Origin: an uncultured Phycisphaerales bacterium
GTDB lineage: Bacteria; Planctomycetota; Phycisphaerae; Tepidisphaerales; Tepidisphaeraceae
Length of the DNA: 64,000 bases
NCBI GenBank assembly: GCA_963755915.1
Contig: CAVWLP010000002.1
Location: forward strand, 2,624,001-2,688,000
Reading direction: 5' to 3'
Shown here: piece after piece, positions 61,900 through 64,000 of the stretch
Layout of the letters: every line of letters begins with the position of its first letter
Position numbering within the stretch: position 1 is the first letter of the stretch
Position numbers and translations under genes: made by a program
The notes under the pieces: model-generated
The model's database searches: none
Told to the model about the DNA's origin: nothing
What the model saw: the letters and a program-made list of their open reading frames with translations, nothing else

Positions 61900-62457
61900 A
61901 TGCGTATAGATTCGAATGCCAGCGGGGTGGGGGAGACGATGGCCGTGGAAGGCGGTTCGCCGAGCGCCATATCTGAAAAACGGGGCGAGCGGAAAGGGCT
62001 GGGAAAGCGGCTGGTGTTTTGCGTTTTGACGGCGCTGCTGGCGTTGCCGGGGATGGCCATTGTTTCCAACGAAAGTATCCGGGGTTTCGCGGAGGCGTCG
62101 CGCTGGGATGACCATACCTACCAGGTGATTGCGTCGATTGACGCATTGACGTCCGAAGTGAACCGCGCGGTGGGGGCGTCGCGCGGTTACGTGATAACGG
62201 GCCAAACGCAGTATTTGGGAGCCTGGAAAGAGGCGACAGATCAGATTGCGCCATCGATACAAATACTGCAGACGCTGACGGCGGACAATACGGTGCACCG
62301 GATCGTGCAACGCCAGGGGGGCAGAGTATGGGCGGAAGGGCGAGTTGACGCGGGAGCGACGTTGTAGTTTTCGCTGGAGGCGTTTGCGGCGGACGCAAAC
62401 GACGGAAAACAGGAACCGGAACATGCCGAGTTGATCGGCGCAACTCTAGGGAATTAA
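61900..62457 (+). pseudogene. CHASE3 sensor histidine kinase remnant (large internal deletion plus in-frame TAG at 62365)
   Basis: CHASE3 (HTYQVI..SRGYVITG..YL..LTADN) joined directly to the HATPase tail TVHRIVQRQGGRVWAEGRVDAGATL*FSL. Confidence 0.8.
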
Positions 62458-62459
62458 TC

Positions 62460-62897
62460 ATGATGGACAAACCTATTTTACTGGTAGAGGACAATCGCGA
62501 CGACGAAGATTTGACGGTGCGCGCGCTGAAGAAGAACAAGATCGCCAATGGATTGGCGATAGCGCGGGACGGCGTGGAGGCGCTGGATTATCTGTTCGGG
62601 ACGGGGGCGTATGCGGGCAGAGACACGAGCGTTATGCCGGGCTTGATGCTGCTGGACCTGAAACTGCCGAAGGTTGACGGGCTGGAGGTTCTGCGGCGCG
62701 TGCGTGAGAACGAGAAGACGCGGAGGTTACCGGTGGTTGTTCTGACGAGTTCCAAGGAGGAACTGGATCTGGTGACGAGCTACAACCTTGGGGCGAACAG
62801 CTATATCCGCAAGCCGGTGGATTTTAATCAGTTCACGGACGCGGTGCGGCAGCTGGGTCTTTACTGGCTGATGCTCAACGAAGTTCCAACGGTATGA
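62460..62897 (+). CDS. Single-domain response regulator (Rcp1-like)
   Basis: ILLVEDN.DD, DGVEALDYL, LLDLKLPKVDG, LTSS, GANSYIRKP. Confidence 0.95.
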   Translation: MMDKPILLVEDNRDDEDLTVRALKKNKIANGLAIARDGVEALDYLFGTGAYAGRDTSVMPGLMLLDLKLPKVDGLEVLRRVRENEKTRRLPVVVLTSSKEELDLVTSYNLGANSYIRKPVDFNQFTDAVRQLGLYWLMLNEVPTV

Positions 62898-64000
62898 ATT
62901 CTGAAGAGAAAAAATCGAACGACCGGCTGAGGGTCCTGATCGTCGAAGACTGCGAAAGCGATGCGGAGCTTCTGCTGATAGAGCTGCGTCGCGGCAGTTG
63001 GGACATCGTTCACCAGCGGGTGGAGACGCGTCGGGCGATGATCGATGCGCTGGGTGAACATCAGTGGGACCTGATCATCGCCGACTATTCGCTGCCGAGC
63101 TTCGACGGGCTGGACGCGCTGGCGGTGGCGCGGGAGAGATCGGCGGAGATACCGTTTGTTCTGATTTCGGGCCAGATCGGCGAGGAGATAGCCGTGCAGG
63201 CGATGAAGGCGGGGGCGGACGACTACCTGTTCAAGGGTAACCTGAAGCGTCTGGTACCGGCGGTGAAGCGCGAGCTGCGCGGGCTGAAAGGCCGGCGGAA
63301 GGCGCGGCACACGGAGCGGCAACTCCGGAAGGGAGAGCGGCAACTGGCGGAGGCGCAGCGGCTGGCGCACCTGGGAACGTGGCACGTGGATTTTCGCAGC
63401 GGACAGACGGTTTGGTCGGAGGAAGCGTGCCGAATCCTGGGCTGCCGATTGCCGGAATCGGGGCCGAGCTTTGAGGAATTTCTGGGATATCTCGGCGAGG
63501 AGGAACTGCGCGAAGATCAAAGAGGAATTGAGTTCGCCGAATGAGAGTTTGATTGTGCGGGATTGCCGGATGAAGTGTCCAAATGCGGAGGCGCAGTTCA
63601 TTCACCTCCGGGGTGAGATCGTTCGCGACGACCGTGGAGAGGCGATCGAGGCGATGGGGATGATCCAGGACATAACGCAAAATCATCACGCGGAAATTGA
63701 GCTTCAACACGCGAAAGAATCGGCGGAGGCGGCGAATCGGGCGAAGAGCGAATTTCTGGCGAACATGAGCCACGAGATCCGCACACCGATGACGGCGATC
63801 CTGGGTTTCGCCGACATGCTGCATCGGAAGGGGGCGAACGCGCCGGACCATGGCGAGTGCGTGGAAACGATCCGGCGGAACGGTGCGCATCTGCTTCAGA
63901 TCATCAACGAGATCCTCGACCTGTCGAAAATCGAGAGCGGGCAGTTGACGGTGGAGCGGATTCGTTGCGACCTGCCGCGGCTGATTTCGGAAGTGGCGAT
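62894..64000 (+). CDS. Hybrid sensor kinase REC-PAS-HisKA (frameshift near 63500; runs off the window)
   Basis: [45 protein letters not shown]. Confidence 0.9.

Noticed and set aside
18514-62367. TAG reassignment or pyrrolysine readthrough (in-frame TAGs at 18514 and 62365)
   Set aside because: TAG is the real stop of rpmG, secE and rplA; the two sites correspond to different residues (Gln, Tyr); no pyl genes are present.
1-64000. CRISPR array, rRNA or intact prophage
   Set aside because: No regularly spaced repeat-spacer array, cas genes, rRNA-like sequence or virion genes. The short repeats are dispersed.

Overview
GC-rich bacterial chromosomal window, most likely from a Planctomycetota (Phycisphaerae/Tepidisphaerales-like) genome. 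This is inferred from the dockerin-bearing PEP-CTERM proteins, the prepilin-like ORF and the ECF sigma factor with a long C-terminal extension. Many genes, including essential ones, carry 1-nt frameshifts, which points to an unpolished long-read assembly, so many CDS boundaries below are reconstructed. Layout: (1) 1-18.8 kb: array of PEP-CTERM surface proteins, four sharing a near-identical dockerin-like C-terminal module, with tandem LuxR-type regulators, a prepilin-like gene and an internally deleted IS21 with a 6-bp target duplication. (2) 19-26 kb: DUF2278-metallophosphoesterase fusion and partner, lat-like aminotransferase, 2-hydroxyacid dehydrogenase, cstA. (3) 26.6-33.3 kb: tRNA-Thr, tuf, rpmG, tRNA-Trp, secE, nusG, rplK, two inserted genes, rplA, rplJ, rplL. 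(4) 33.4-48 kb: ECF sigma factor, a divergent corrinoid methyltransferase/split methionine synthase cluster and a GH115 alpha-glucuronidase. (5) 48-64 kb: housekeeping and accessory genes (TPR-glycosyltransferase, ilvB with a leader peptide, ispE, AKR, bioD, MBL hydrolase, two-component genes). Best candidates for something new: the corrinoid cluster and GH115 share a LacI-type operator, suggesting cobalamin-dependent demethylation of xylan-derived 4-O-methylglucuronate (hypothesis), and a 24-nt micro-element sits inside REP hairpins without target duplication.
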